Shown: positions 25,934 to 42,144 of the stretch, piece by piece | Layout: every line of letters begins with the position of its first letter | How positions within the stretch are numbered: position 1 is the stretch's first letter | From: Octopus sinensis | Taxonomy: Eukaryota | Length of the DNA stretch: 64,000 nucleotides | Reading direction: 5' to 3' | Assembly (NCBI RefSeq): GCF_006345805.1 | Contig: NC_043006.1 | Coordinates: forward strand, 80,104,001-80,168,000 | Position numbers and translations under genes: made by a program | The notes under the pieces: model-generated | What the model saw: the letters and a program-made list of their open reading frames with translations, nothing else | What the model was told of the DNA's origin: nothing | Database searches by the model: none

Positions 25934-26349
25934 CATACATAATTTAATTAGGTTTCAGCTAAAATTATGTGGATAATTTTATCTATAAAGGTTATTTTAA
26001 CGTACCGATCTACTTGGTAAAAGTTTTAATTAATTGATTAATTAATTAATTTAATTAATAAAATTTACCCTTCTATTATTAATATATATATGTGCATGTG
26101 TGTGCGCGCGTATGTGTGTGTGTATGTGTGTGCTTGTCTCTGTGTACCTCCCTTCCCCGCTTGATAACCGGTGCAAAAAGACAATAAAATAAGTACCAGT
26201 CTTAAAAAAAAATGAAAAGTATTGCGATCGATTTATTCGACTAAAAATTCTGACCGCATTCTCATGATTAAAACACCTGAAGGATAAAGCATATATAAAA
26301 TGTAATGTTGCTATTGTAACTTGCTAAACGACAAAGTTTTAATCCATTG

Positions 26350-27305
26350 GCCATGCTTGATTGATCGTTCACTAATACCCTACAGATTTGCACTTTACAA
26401 AAGATAATCTAATGCTTTTATCATCGCTTATTTGTAGAGTATTACTATTCAAGGTACAATATATTACAATTATACCATGAGATATTAGAGGAAATTTTAG
26501 GTTTTGGTTCCATCTATGTATACGATATAAAGAAATATAAGCACTAGATTATATATTAGGTTAAATGATAAAACAGGTGTATAATTATTATATATATTAG
26601 AATACTGTTATAGAATTAAAAGTAATAGTTAGTGGTTTGATAGCAACATAGATATTAGAGTGGCTTCGACTGAGAAACCTTAAATTAGTAGCATCGATCT
26701 CAATTGGAACATTTGTGATAGATTCTTATCAGGTTCATTAGTAGGAAGATTTATCTGGAATAAAACACATTAAAAAGCAGCATCTGAGGGAAGAATTTGA
26801 GACAAAAGAAAAAAAGAACTGGGAAAATATCTTCGAGATTTACCTGAACTTATCTCATTGTTGACGACAATTTGATCGTTATTATTTATATAAGATCAAG
26901 ATAACCGTATTCATACTTAAAAAGACTTCGTGATCAATGACTTCATTGATAGGAAGTGGTTTTCTCGTTCTTTGTTGATTGTAATAACACCTCGCCTTAT
27001 AGGTTTTCAATTTGATTCTCGCAAATGTCATCAGTAGATTTAAACATAACTAAGCATTGAACAAATAATTAATATACTTTATTACTGAAGGAAGCCGCTA
27101 ACACTGAAAACATTACAAAAACGCATAATATGCAACGTAACAGAAACATTTTCATCAATAAAAAAATGAAAATGAATAGGATGTAGAGATATGGAAATAA
27201 TTAGGCGGATGTAGGTTATCAGGTGCTAACGACATTCGTTAATGCAAAAATAACAATATGTTAACCAATACATTCAACTGTGAAATCCTTACATTCTTGT
27301 GTTAG
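26350..27305 (-). promoter_or_regulatory. Conserved ~1-kb non-coding block, orphan copy
   Basis: Aligns in the same orientation with 37120-38280 and 53395-54480 (e.g. TTTTCAATTTGATTCTCGC, TTAGG.GGAT.TAGGTTA.CAGGTG); carries a minus-strand donor CAG|GTAAAT at 26843. Confidence 0.55.
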
Positions 27306-27486
27306 ATATAGATACTTTCAAACATACATACATACACACATACATCCATACCGGCTCCCTCCACAGTGGAAGATTTATAATAATTAAAAAATAGAAGACA
27401 CACACACACACACACACATATATATGTATACATACATACATATATATATATGTATATATATATTATATATATATATATATATATGT

Positions 27487-27552
<66 letters not shown>

Positions 27553-27673
27553 ACATATATATATATATAATATATATATATACATATATATATATGTATG
27601 TATGTATACATATATATATATATATATATAATATATATATGTATATATATATTATATATATATATATATATGT

Positions 27674-27739
<66 letters not shown>

Positions 27740-30255
27740 ATGCGTGACCTCCAGGTCCACAATTTCTTTCTAACCCCACATCCCGACCTGGTTCGTTTGA
27801 TCTAGAAAAGTACAGCTGTATCTAGGGGACATGGTGGTTACTCTGCAATGGTAGGAGCTGATAGTGGCAAGCTAATAATAAAAATATATAATATGAGTAT
27901 TTGGTCATTATGCTGCGCAAAAACAAAGTCATTTTCGCAAATAATCTAATATTATCTCTGAAATAAGAAATTCCACGATCAAAGTCAAAGCTATCATTAA
28001 TTTTTTATGGAAGCTCAGTGTAGTTTCTGTGGAAAGCATTTTGGATTACAAAGCGTTATAGTTTCTCCAGTAACAAAGATATATACCCGCTATTGCAACA
28101 TTTAATATCAATCACTACAAACAGGAGATCTTGTAAAAGAATTATTCATGAATATCACGTAATCTATTAGTCTGTAGGTCACAACTGCTTTCTGTGTTAA
28201 TCAAATAAATACTGTATTAAAGCATGAACAAACAAAATATGGCTGTTACACCAAAGCAATGCCCCTGTTGACAGGTCGATTCTTAATCATATTTTCGCAA
28301 AGCACAAAAGCGACCTCGTTCTGTAGCTGTTTTGCTCCGCGAAGTTTATCCCTTCGGACATTTTCATCTCCTTACGACATCAATATGTGGACTGTGTCTA
28401 TAAAATTCTAGAAAACATAGCAAAAGACTATTATAAAGTTTTCGCTATAAGTCTTCATCATAAGTCGTTCCTATAGAAAGAAAAATACATGATGGATGAT
28501 CAAGACACGGAAAATAGGAATAAAACAACAGATTACGCTTGGTGCTCGAGACAAAATGAAACCGAAACGAGAAATTCCAGGAAATAAAGAAATAACAATA
28601 TCTGTAAATAGTTTTATTATTTTTTTATTACTTGTGTTGCAAATATGTCTGCACATTACAATTTGATATGACAACATTCATGACAGTTAAAATTTGAAAA
28701 TTGGCTTTCATAATTTTCATTCACAAAAATAAAGTATCTAAAAAGATTCTAAAATCTGAATTAAAATTCAGTATTAAGAAAGTTTCTCTGCCGAAACCAT
28801 CAATAAATAACATTCTGAAATTAAAGTAATAAATATTTTGTCAACTCCAAAAAAAGCAAAAAAAATAAAAAGGAAAGAAATACAATTAAAGGAATGTTTA
28901 AATAATATTCCTGAATATAATTCTAATATACTGTTTGTAGCATTTAACAAATACGAAGCTCTATATAGTATTTGGTTGCATAGGTAAAATATAACCGTAA
29001 AGTATTTGTGAAATGGCACTTAAATATGTTTTTGGCTTATTAACTTTCTTGCAAATGATATAGACTTAGAGAATATTTGATCAAGTTTATGTTAATGTAT
29101 CAGACAGTTTAGCAAAATCATAGTTACGTGTACATTATAGAATTATAATTATCAATATTAGTTTCCTAATGAAGACGGCGAGCTAGTAGAATCATTAGCA
29201 CGCCGGGCAAAATGCTTAGTGGCAGTTCGTAATGTAGTAAGGGAGCAAAGGACACTTTTCTGCTGATACGGTAAATTGCAAATTTTGTTAAAAGAACGAA
29301 TTAATAAATAAATGATCAATTTAATGCATTTACAATGCGAAATCACAAAGGAACTTTTCAATCTTCATAGGAAATATTGATTGTTATTGTATTTAAAGAA
29401 ATATATTTTAAAAACTTATTTGGACGAATACAACTAGCAACGGGTGAAGTATAATGCATTGCAACAGTTGAAAATATAGACAAAAATGTAAATATACTGA
29501 CGAGATGAGATTAGAAACAGTCCTAAAAAAGCTATTTAGGGCTGGAACTATCGTATTATTTCATATTTAGGAAGAACAATATTTAATAGGGTTCAATATT
29601 TATTGAATGAAATCACAAATATCAGAAGACAAGCATTTCAAAATAACAACTGTGAAGTATATTTGTCTCAGCTTTTGTATGCAATGAAGTTTATTCAAGA
29701 ACATTAAATTGCAAAAAATTTTCAGTCAAAAACAAAGGCAAACTATTTCAAATTATATATTTTTGAAAAATAGACGTAAATGTTCCTCAAAGACTTGATA
29801 ACAGTAGAAAGAGCCTTTTTAAAAATTCTATATTTCACTGTTGGCTGTTGCAATATTTCGATTGGATAGACAATACTTCAATTCAAATTGTAAAGTTAAA
29901 ATGCCAAAGACGCAAAATATGAAGAATTTCTTAGCTTTCTCTGAAATCACAAATTCAAGAGAAAATAGTACCTTACAAAATAAAATACCTCGATCACAAA
30001 CTAGTTACAACTGAATAATTGAGATGCTTAGTGACAGTGAGCAAACAATATCTGTATCCCTATATATGTACATAGATAGATACATACACATATACACACA
30101 CACACATAGTTCTGTTTGTGCATGTGTGTATGTGTGCGGGCGAGCGCGCCTTGCTTTTGGTACAGTAAGAACTCTGTCTCTAGTTTTTATCGCTTTAGGA
30201 GGTTAAAGGCCACTGTTCTGGGTACAAAGTGACTAGCTTTTCAACAACGTCAAAT

Positions 30256-30554
30256 AACTCCATAGGACATACCAAGTATATTTACCTGCTGGAAATAACA
30301 ATCAAAACTCTTATTTAAATCGCCAAAATACACTGATAATAACTATAGAAATCAGCCTTCCTAAGGCAATTACGCCTGTCCAGAAACTGGTCCATGTGAG
30401 TCCAAATACTTAAATGTATGCTGAGAGATTGTCTTAGCACATTTTCCTTCGGACTGTTGATTTTTGTAGTTATTATCAGTGTATTTTGGTAAGTTAAATA
30501 AGAGTTTTGTCTGTTATTTCCAGCAGGTAGACATACTCAGTATGTCCTTTGATT
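30256..30554. mobile_element. MITE-like inverted repeat with ~115-bp arms
   Basis: 30256-30375 is an imperfect reverse complement of 30434-30554 (GGACATAC...TACCTGCTGGAAATAACA...CCAAAATACACTGATAATAACTA). Confidence 0.8.
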
Positions 30555-31295
30555 AATGTTAATCATTCAGCTATTTAATGCTTTTTTGTTGGGAGGGGGG
30601 GGGCTGCAATCACCTATATTATTGATCCTGTTATCATTTTTAAATTGTCATGTATGTATCTATCTATCTACATTTAATATTATAAATATATATATTCATA
30701 TACATAACGATACACATGTCATCATAACATTCCATGTTTCCTTCAATACAGGGTCAGTGGGAAAATGATGTAGCTAACTTGCTTGACATAACAATCACAG
30801 CTAAGTGACGAACAATAAGTATCTTGCAGAAACAGTTGAGATTGTTGAACATTTAAACATCAACATGAAAATCAAAATACTTCAATGACCAGTTGGACTG
30901 AGAGAGGATATCTGAATGTTCCTGAGAGAAATATACTCTTGATTTTTGTCCATTTGAAAAATGTATGGCATACGTGAAAAGACATTGGTACCGGAGCAAA
31001 AGAAATATCATTAAATGCTGTTCGCACTAAGGATTTTTAAAGTCGATTGCTACTGTTGTTAACGTTTAGCAACAGTTCAGCGCGATGAGCGGGATCCACA
31101 GTCACAAGTATTCCAACGTTGATCATCCCGACCTCTTTTCAAGCAATGGTTTATTTAAAATCGTATTTCCTTCTCTTTACGAAGGTATTACTTCATGAAA
31201 ATTTCGTTGTTATTTCTATCAGCACTAATGGATATGAGGGAGAACCTCTATATCCTCCATGTGGGTTTTTTTTCTCCATCAGGGCATCTGAGATT

Positions 31296-33338
31296 TTAGT
31301 TAACTGACCTTTCAGCTGATACATCCGTTGATATTGTCTTAGGAGCAGAAGAAACATCAGTAAATTCTTTTGTAGGCAATCTTGCAATTTTGTGCAAATT
31401 ACGAAGAATACTGCGATGAACAATTTTTGTTGATAGAAACGATACACAAATAAATAATCCAACAAAAGAATTTAAAATACAAAATAATAGAGAAAATTCT
31501 TCAATTCTTGTAAACGTATACAGAAATGCGAATGTCCATGTTAGTCCCATAACAAGATATAGTTTTAGGCAAATAAAAAATTCATTTCTGCTATGTTTCG
31601 ATAAATATTTTGAAGATAATTTGCTGGCCATATAAAGCCCTCTAGTGGTGAGGATAAATGCTACGAAATTAAGACATAAAATAATCATTACAGGGATTGC
31701 AAAGAGCCACAGTAGACCTTTTCCATTTTTAATCCAGCAAATACCATTTCCATATTCTGGGGAAAGTCCATGATTTCCAGGAATATACTCAAATATCAGT
31801 GATACTGTTACTATTACAAGTGGACAGATCCAACCATACAAAGAATATAATACAAGTCTCTTGGTACCTTTTCCTTTACTCCGAAGCTGTGTGAATCCCG
31901 AAAAAGTGTACCACGCATCAAATGACATGACATTCATCCAGAAGAAAGTCGCTAGAAACGAATAATGTATCACTATAGCTAAAGATGTACACAGAGCTGT
32001 AGATGTAGTGGCTTGTGATGAGATAAGAAAGAGAAGCTCAGCTGCAAACAATGCTGATAAAAGACTAATGAGTAATTTACCTGGTAAGGTACGGAGATCA
32101 GGTATACAGAGATAGACTATAATAGTGATTGCTAGAGCTGGAATAGAGATTACTAGTCCCACTAAAGTGATATAGCCCTCAACAATGGAGTATTTTGATA
32201 TACCGTTGATATTTGATATATTATTGGTACCATTGTTTACACAGATACTTATTATAGCTTGAGAATCACGTGTGAATTCTGATTGGTTAAGAAAACGTTG
32301 AGTTTTATTTATATACAGGAGACCATCGCTTGTAATATGATATTCAGATTCATTTAATCTTGTTATCGTACAGTTTAGTTGAAGATTGTAGATAACTTGT
32401 CGACATTCCTTAGTATTCATATCGTAGACTGCGTGTTTTGGACACGATGGTAACTGCAGAAGCGTATGTTCCGTTCCGATGTGTTCACCCGTTATCGTTA
32501 TGGATTTTGTATGATAATTGAAGAGGATCGTTAATGGTGGAATAACATGACTTGCGAGCATTTCAAAATAAAATAATTTACACGGTACTTCAAAAACACC
32601 GTTGCATGTGGCACAACCTCTGTTTTTGTAAAAGTAATAATCTTTATATTTAGTATGTATGAAATATTTTTCCTCATCTAAATATATTAATGCCATGGCC
32701 TCGGATTCACATGCGATTCTTTGTTCCGTACTATTGTTATCTTGAGGACAATTCGAAATATATGGAATACAGGAATACAAATATTTCTCTAAATCTTCTG
32801 AAGGAAGCTTCAGAGTTGGTGTACATATTCCATCCTTGACATAATTTGATATATTTTCAATGCTTGGAGAAAGGATGAAGTTGCATTCATATAAAAGATT
32901 CCAAAGAATGAATTCCTCTCCATGACACAAAGAACAATATAGGTTCCTAAATAATATTTTACTAGTTTTACCAAAAGCGGGTATATTTTGTAGTTGGTCA
33001 TCTGAGTCAGGATTTTCACACTTGTTCACATACTCTGTAATATCATGGTTAGGTGGACAACGATCAAACTGATAATAATATGAATCACTAAGCTTTCTAC
33101 AACTGTAATATATTGATGGATAGGGTTGTTTGTGATCAGAAGTGGTTTTATTAATCTTGTCAGAACAGCATTCATTGTAGAGGTAGCAGTCCGGGCGACA
33201 AGAACAACGTTCAGGTACGTCATATGCAGGAGGATCAGAACACAAACCTGGGCTGCAGTTGTTGAAGTCTGTGGCATGTGATACAATATTTAAGAACAAT
33301 AGAAAAGAAAGCACGCACATCAGAATAAAAGTTTCCAT
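31296..33338 (-). CDS. Class-B (Methuselah-like/secretin-type) GPCR, paralog 2, 680 aa, uninterrupted CDS
   Basis: Intact ORF colinear with paralog 1, with the same signal peptide, Cys pattern and 7TM motifs. Confidence 0.94.
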   Translation of the reverse strand: METFILMCVLSFLLFLNIVSHATDFNNCSPGLCSDPPAYDVPERCSCRPDCYLYNECCSDKINKTTSDHKQPYPSIYYSCRKLSDSYYYQFDRCPPNHDITEYVNKCENPDSDDQLQNIPAFGKTSKILFRNLYCSLCHGEEFILWNLLYECNFILSPSIENISNYVKDGICTPTLKLPSEDLEKYLYSCIPYISNCPQDNNSTEQRIACESEAMALIYLDEEKYFIHTKYKDYYFYKNRGCATCNGVFEVPCKLFYFEMLASHVIPPLTILFNYHTKSITITGEHIGTEHTLLQLPSCPKHAVYDMNTKECRQVIYNLQLNCTITRLNESEYHITSDGLLYINKTQRFLNQSEFTRDSQAIISICVNNGTNNISNINGISKYSIVEGYITLVGLVISIPALAITIIVYLCIPDLRTLPGKLLISLLSALFAAELLFLISSQATTSTALCTSLAIVIHYSFLATFFWMNVMSFDAWYTFSGFTQLRSKGKGTKRLVLYSLYGWICPLVIVTVSLIFEYIPGNHGLSPEYGNGICWIKNGKGLLWLFAIPVMIILCLNFVAFILTTRGLYMASKLSSKYLSKHSRNEFFICLKLYLVMGLTWTFAFLYTFTRIEEFSLLFCILNSFVGLFICVSFLSTKIVHRSILRNLHKIARLPTKEFTDVSSAPKTISTDVSAERSVN

Positions 33339-33650
33339 TTAAAAAAAATATATAATTAACATTGGAATAACTGACTCTTTAATTCCCGGCGTTACTTCAA
33401 TTCAAACAAGAGACCCGATATGTATTTTTGAAGTTTAACTGTTACCTGAATGATAGAAAGTAATTATCTTTCGGTTTCTACATTTCATTCTACATGTTAA
33501 CGCCATTCAGGATTACAGTTAATAACTCTTGTATTCCAGCTCTCTTGTAATGGAAACAATACGAAATGTTTTCGTTCCTAAATGGAGCTCTGTATCCGAA
33601 GATGATACGGCTATCTGTAAAATAAGAAGTATAAAATTACACACATTATC
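33339..33650 (-). promoter_or_regulatory. Splice acceptor (AG 33616-33615) and leader of GPCR gene 2
   Basis: Homologous to 14715-15035/16085-16145 and to 50330-50830. Confidence 0.65.
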
Positions 33651-34829
33651 ATAAAGACAGACACATGTGTAGGCACCCATACTAATTCAGGCACACGAGC
33701 ACGTATATGTGTTCAGTATATGCTGGTGAGATCTGATGGGGAGCTGCGTCGTTGCAGCATTTTGCTACATTCACCATTTGTTGGTTTATTTAAGGGCCCT
33801 CCTGGATAATCTGTCGGGTAGAGTTCAAGTCAGTCTCCATCTCCGCGAGATACTTCCTCATCCTCGGTGACCTTGTAGCTTGTGACTGACCAACATGAAC
33901 CGTCAACCCAGCTGGATCCTCAGTGAAGAGAACATGATAAGCAGTGTCTAAATCGGAAATTCAATAAACATGGCCAAATAGTCCGCGTTAGCACTTCCAA
34001 ATCATACGAGTAACATGACGGGTTCCATTTTATGAGTAGAGTTGCTGGTTGGTAGCATATCATGCCGTTGATCATCCTGGTACAAAAGGGGTTCAGGCCG
34101 CTACTAAGGATCCCGGACAGTCCCCAAGTCTCACAAATATAGTGTAGGACAAGAGACCAGAGACCCAAAGGAGAGATCAGAGACTCAAAATAGAGACCAG
34201 AGATCGAAAGCAAATGAAATTTAATTGTTAGGAATTATATTTTAGAAGTTAATATCCTATTCTGCTAAATATTTAATATATCGATGTCATTCAGTTGTAG
34301 TTTAACTGAATGTAACCATCTGTGATATGTTAAATTTGAAATGTGAAATGTTTACTTCTTTTTATGTAAGAGAGAAAATAGTTCACCTCTGATCACTTAG
34401 ACGTAGCAACCTTCAATTTTCGACCCTATTAAAAGAAAATCTGTGTCCCTAAATGGATATATGCTTCTAAAATATCCTAGACCGTATCTCTCATGAGATC
34501 CAATTCGATAGTTGTTAATGGCTTACTCACTAGCATGTTGTATCTAGTAGCCCATAGATGCTTGTTTTTTTCTATTATACCAAACCTAAGACGGTAACCG
34601 CTTCTCTGAGCTTGCGAGTTGCGTACAATACACACATTCCTTCTTATAATTTTCACACGTTTAGCCTTCTCTAAGTAAATCGTTCTCCTCAAGAATTCTA
34701 AGCAGTAGAGGTTCTCGTATTGCTCATTTCTTTAAACAAACATCAAACCAGAAAAGTTGAGGTTGAACAATAACTTCTGTCTTCTCATCCGACAACACAT
34801 ACATACTAAGGTGAAAAGTGATAGTGTTG

Positions 34830-36400
34830 AAGCTCATTGGCGTCAAATAGATGTAATGCATATGCACACAGCTCCTGATTGCACAGTTCCAGTGATTGCG
34901 AACCTTGTAATGGGTTACATAGAGCTTAAAATAAATATATCAATCGTCACTACAAAAATATGGCACCTCATTTCACTGCTATTTAAAGGAGAACAGGAAG
35001 AGGTATTTGGACGATTGCTTTATACTTTGGAAAGACATCATGGACAAACTCCTCGATTTCAAAATAATGCTTAACAATATTAATAGCAATATACAATCCA
35101 CCATGGAGCACAGCAGTAAATAACTCCCTTTTCTTGACATACTAATTAAAATGGTCAATAACTCCATCGAAACAGACATCTTCTAAAAACCCACAGATTC
35201 TAAACAATACCTATTATTCAACTTATGCCACCCCAATCACATAAAAATTAATATACCTTATAATCTAGCGAAAAGAATCTGTACCATAGTTTCGGATACC
35301 TATACCCGTGAACGAAGACTCCTTGAACTCAGATCAATACTAATCAAAAGACATCACCCAATATTAATAAATGATGGCATTAAACGAGCTAAGGAAACAG
35401 ATATACGAACATTAAGGGAAGTCAACCGAAATACTAAACCCGACTTAAAAAAACTCCCATACATCTCCACACATAACCCTAGAAACAACGAAGCCTTCAA
35501 CATTATCATCTAAAATCTACCCATCCTCACAGGAGATAAAACAATGAACAAAATGTTAGGCTCACACAGAATTATCAAAAGCAAAATGCAACCTAAATCA
35601 TTGAAAAAATATTAACCAGAGCAAGACCTATATCCCTTAATAACAGAACCAAAAGTGAAAAATATGGTCGACCTAACTGTGGTACATGTCCCTACCCACT
35701 GGAGGGTTTAGAGTTCCACTTTAAACAAGGTGAAATATTTAAGATTAAATCAAATTTCACCTGTGCCTCGGAAAATCTAAACTATGCCATTACATGCTTA
35801 GGGTGTGGTAATAATTATATTGGCCAAATAGGAATATCACTCCATCGAAGAACCACTCTCTACAAAGAACAAATTCACAACCCACAATACAGACAGATAC
35901 AGATCAGTGAACACATAGAAAAGTGTGCTAGGAATCTTATTCCTAATTTCCTAATGTGTCCCCTTCTGTCAATGTTCACAGAAAACTCCAGTACAATAAA
36001 GAATGAATAAAGAGGCAACTTTCATCAATAAATATCTTCCACAACTCAATATGGACACATAACATAATACAGAACACTACTAACCTTTTAATTAATACCA
36101 CTAACGCCCATACATCCCACACGCCATTCACATTACAGATCTATATCTACCCTAATTGCACCAAATCCAGAACTACTTACGTACCTTAGACATAATCGTT
36201 TTACTCAGGGACTAGTAGACCTGACACCGTTCAGTAATCGGTGTGTATTCAAAGCAATGATTAGTAATTTTACGAAACCGGTATACTTTTGAATCTCTTT
36301 AACAATTCACAATAATGACTTTTATTACTTTTATTCCTACCTTAGTTCATTTAATTGTATATATCTATCGTTACTTTTCATAAAAAGCCTTTACTTTTTT
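34830..36400 (+). mobile_element. 5'-truncated Penelope-like element (Neptune-like): RT end, Cys linker, GIY-YIG and terminal repeat
   Basis: VIANLVMGYIE, a DD motif, LPFLDILI, KPTDSKQYL, CGTCP, FTCASENL.YAITCLGCGNNYIGQ and SEHIEKC, with many stops. Degenerate HHR (...GTAATTTTAC GAAA CCGG TA) at ~36250-36295. Confidence 0.88.
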
Positions 36401-36568
36401 GATTTCCAATGTCCATTTTCGCTTATTTTCTCCTTACTCCCCCCTATATATAAGATAACCTTACTTGGAATGGATGCGTGGCGTTCAATCAAATAATAAA
36501 TAATATATATCTATATACAAACATACATACTTACATACATGCATACATACATAATGTACACACATATA

Positions 36569-36633
<65 letters not shown>

Positions 36634-37119
36634 ATGTATATATATATATATATAAGTACAGGACGCTGCCAACAGTAAACAAGATCTTATACAAAAGCAG
36701 ATAAGTTTAGTACGCAAACAAAAAGAGAAACTAATGGAAAACAGGACAAGTAACATAAACAACGACCCTTCATCAGTTGTCGGCTGTATATCTACTCCTT
36801 ATTTCGAGCATTGAACGACAATATGAGTCTTCGAAGGCTGTCGCTCCCATAAATACCAAAATAAAATTTGGGATTTATGGAGGGCCAAAGTTGGGAACAA
36901 AAACCAGACAGGTGAGACATGCAAGGAAACTGAACGAAAACAAACATGGAGGGTCGTTAGACCAGAATGAGTGTAAAATAGCGAATGCTAGAGAAATATT
37001 TTCTTGGACAAGAGAAACGATAGAAAAGAGAGGTAGGTAGGTTACGCTCAGTCTTAAGGACAGCCCCGAAAGAAAAGAAAGATGATCACTCTGATTTTAT
37101 TATTTTCGCCTTTATATAA

Positions 37120-38280
37120 ATTATCACTATTCAAAGTAAAATACATTACAATTATATCATGGGATATGAAAGAACCTTTGGTTTTAGTTTCGTCTATGTA
37201 TACAATATAAAGAAATATAACTTCTAGATTATATATTGAGTTAAATAATAAAACAGATGTATAGTTATATATAGATACTATATTATAGTGATCGTTAACG
37301 GCATGTTAAATTTATCGTTCACTAATACTTTACAGATTTGTACTTCATAAAAGATACCCCAATTTTATTATGACTGCTTATTTATAAATAATTTCTTTTC
37401 CGAAGCACAATATTTTGCAATTATACCAAGGCATATTAGATCATATATTAGATTCTGGCTCCATATATGTATAGAGTATAAAGTATATAATCATTAGAAG
37501 GTATACAGTTTAAATGAAATCATAGGAGTATAGAGTTTATGCATAAATATTATATTGTAGGATTAAAGGTGATGGCTAAAGGCTGAGAAAGTCTAAAATA
37601 CTATTAGATCTTAGTGGGAAGGCTTGTGATACATTGGTATCTCGTTCATAGGTAAGAAGTTATATTTAGAGTAAGTCCCTCTACAAAACAGCATCGCTGG
37701 GTAGAATGTGATGGAGAAAGAATTAGGAAAAACGTTTCTACAATCTTACCTTATTTCATATTATCGCTCATGACGGAGACGTTTTGATCATCATCCTTCT
37801 TGTTATTTTATGAGACGAAATACGTCACTTTTCATGAAGCTGTGATTTTCTCGTTCTTTCTTCATTATAATAAAACCGCTCCTTCCGTGTTTTCAATTTG
37901 ATTCTCGCGAACGTCATGAGAGAGTTTCTTTTTAATCACAACTAATCATCGAACCAATATTTAATATCAAATATAACACAAGAAAACCACAAGCAATATT
38001 TAATATAAAGTTTCGTACAATAAAACCACCAACAGCGGGAACAAAAGGAAAACATATTGAATACACTGGAAAGGTTTACATGAAAAACCAAAATAAAGAT
38101 GAATAACATCTAAAAATATTAAAACAATTAGGTGGATATAGGTTACCAGGTGTGTAAAACAGTCGTTAATGTAAAAGTCACAATGTTAAGATATATCCAT
38201 TCGTATACAAAGAACAATTTTCATGGAAATCAATGAATGCCCTCAGTTGTGAAATCAGTGCGTTATTGTGTTATATGAGT
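37120..38280 (-). promoter_or_regulatory. Conserved upstream block of GPCR gene 2 (candidate promoter/first exon), with internal ~200-bp duplication
   Basis: Homologous to the 26350 and 53395 blocks; minus-strand donor AAG|GTAAGA at 37749; 37120-37290 is repeated at 37390-37560. Confidence 0.5.
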
Positions 38281-38704
38281 AAGTGTTATATTGAAAAAAA
38301 AACACCTGTAGCACTTCATTTAATGTCTTCATATTTATGAGTGTGTTTATGTATATGTGTGTATATACATATATGCTTGTGAATATACATATTATACAGT
38401 CGCTTATATTACGATGCATAAGAAGTGGCGCACCCTCTTTATAAAGTAGTATAGAACGTGTATGTGTGCGTTTGTGCGTATGTATGTCTACATATATAAA
38501 TACACAAGTGAGAAAAAGAGAGAAAGAGGGAGAAGAATTTATATATATATATATACATACATACATACATACACGCAAATTATGGGGGTGGTTAGTTTAG
38601 AGGTGATCTAAACGATTAGATACGCCAGGTAAGCGATGTAACGGATTACTGGGGCTCTAAGATTATAGCCGAGACGGTAGTTATGGATTTCCGATGCAGC
38701 AGAT

Positions 38705-41451
<2,747 letters not shown>

Positions 41452-41466
41452 ATTATATTATAATAT

Positions 41467-41497
<31 letters not shown>

Positions 41498-41505
<8 letters not shown>

Positions 41506-42037
41506 TAATTAAGGGCTAAAGAGGGTTATTCTAAAGCCAATACACTGATTTATCCACTTATAATCCGCTTGCTACAGGAGAATTGAAACTGAAAACGGGC
41601 AACTAACCTTTAGAAAATTTAAATTTCGTTATCTCTATATTGAATCAATTTCGGAATCAATCTTATAAAAAAGATATATTCTTTCTTCAGTAGAGCTTTC
41701 GATGGGATATAAATAAAATACTCACGTATGATCATGGAAAAAGCACAAGCTAAAGACATAACTACACTTGAGTACATCATTTATATCTAAAAATAAAAAT
41801 TCTTTGGTCAGCCTCAGAAACAACGTCTTGACCTTTCGCCGCTACAAATTGTAATGGTTACCGGTCCTCCCGTAGCAAGCAGCGAGTTTACTACTAACAA
41901 TATAGGATGAAGTCCCTTTCTCTACAGAAAAGGAATCCATCAGGAAGCGTGGGCAGTATATTTAAAAAAACCGTTACGGTTGAAGTATAAACATCATATA
42001 ATTAAGGGCTAAAGAGGGTTATTCTAAAGCCAATACA

Positions 42038-42042
<5 letters not shown>
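41498..42042 (-). mobile_element. 493-bp non-coding unit with 52-bp terminal redundancy inside (TA)n (PLE pLTR or retrozyme-like)
   Basis: 41498-41549 is identical to 41991-42042; contains the HHR at 41633-41695. Confidence 0.75.
41633..41695 (-). ncRNA. Type-I hammerhead ribozyme motif, near intact
   Basis: CUCUA CUGAAGA [AAGAAU AUAUCUU UUUUAU AAGAU UG AUUCC] GAAA UUG AUU CAA UA UAGAG: 5-bp stem I, stems II and III, AUA triplet. Confidence 0.72.
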
Positions 42043-42112
<70 letters not shown>

Positions 42113-42144
42113 ATATGTATATATATATGTATATATATATATAT

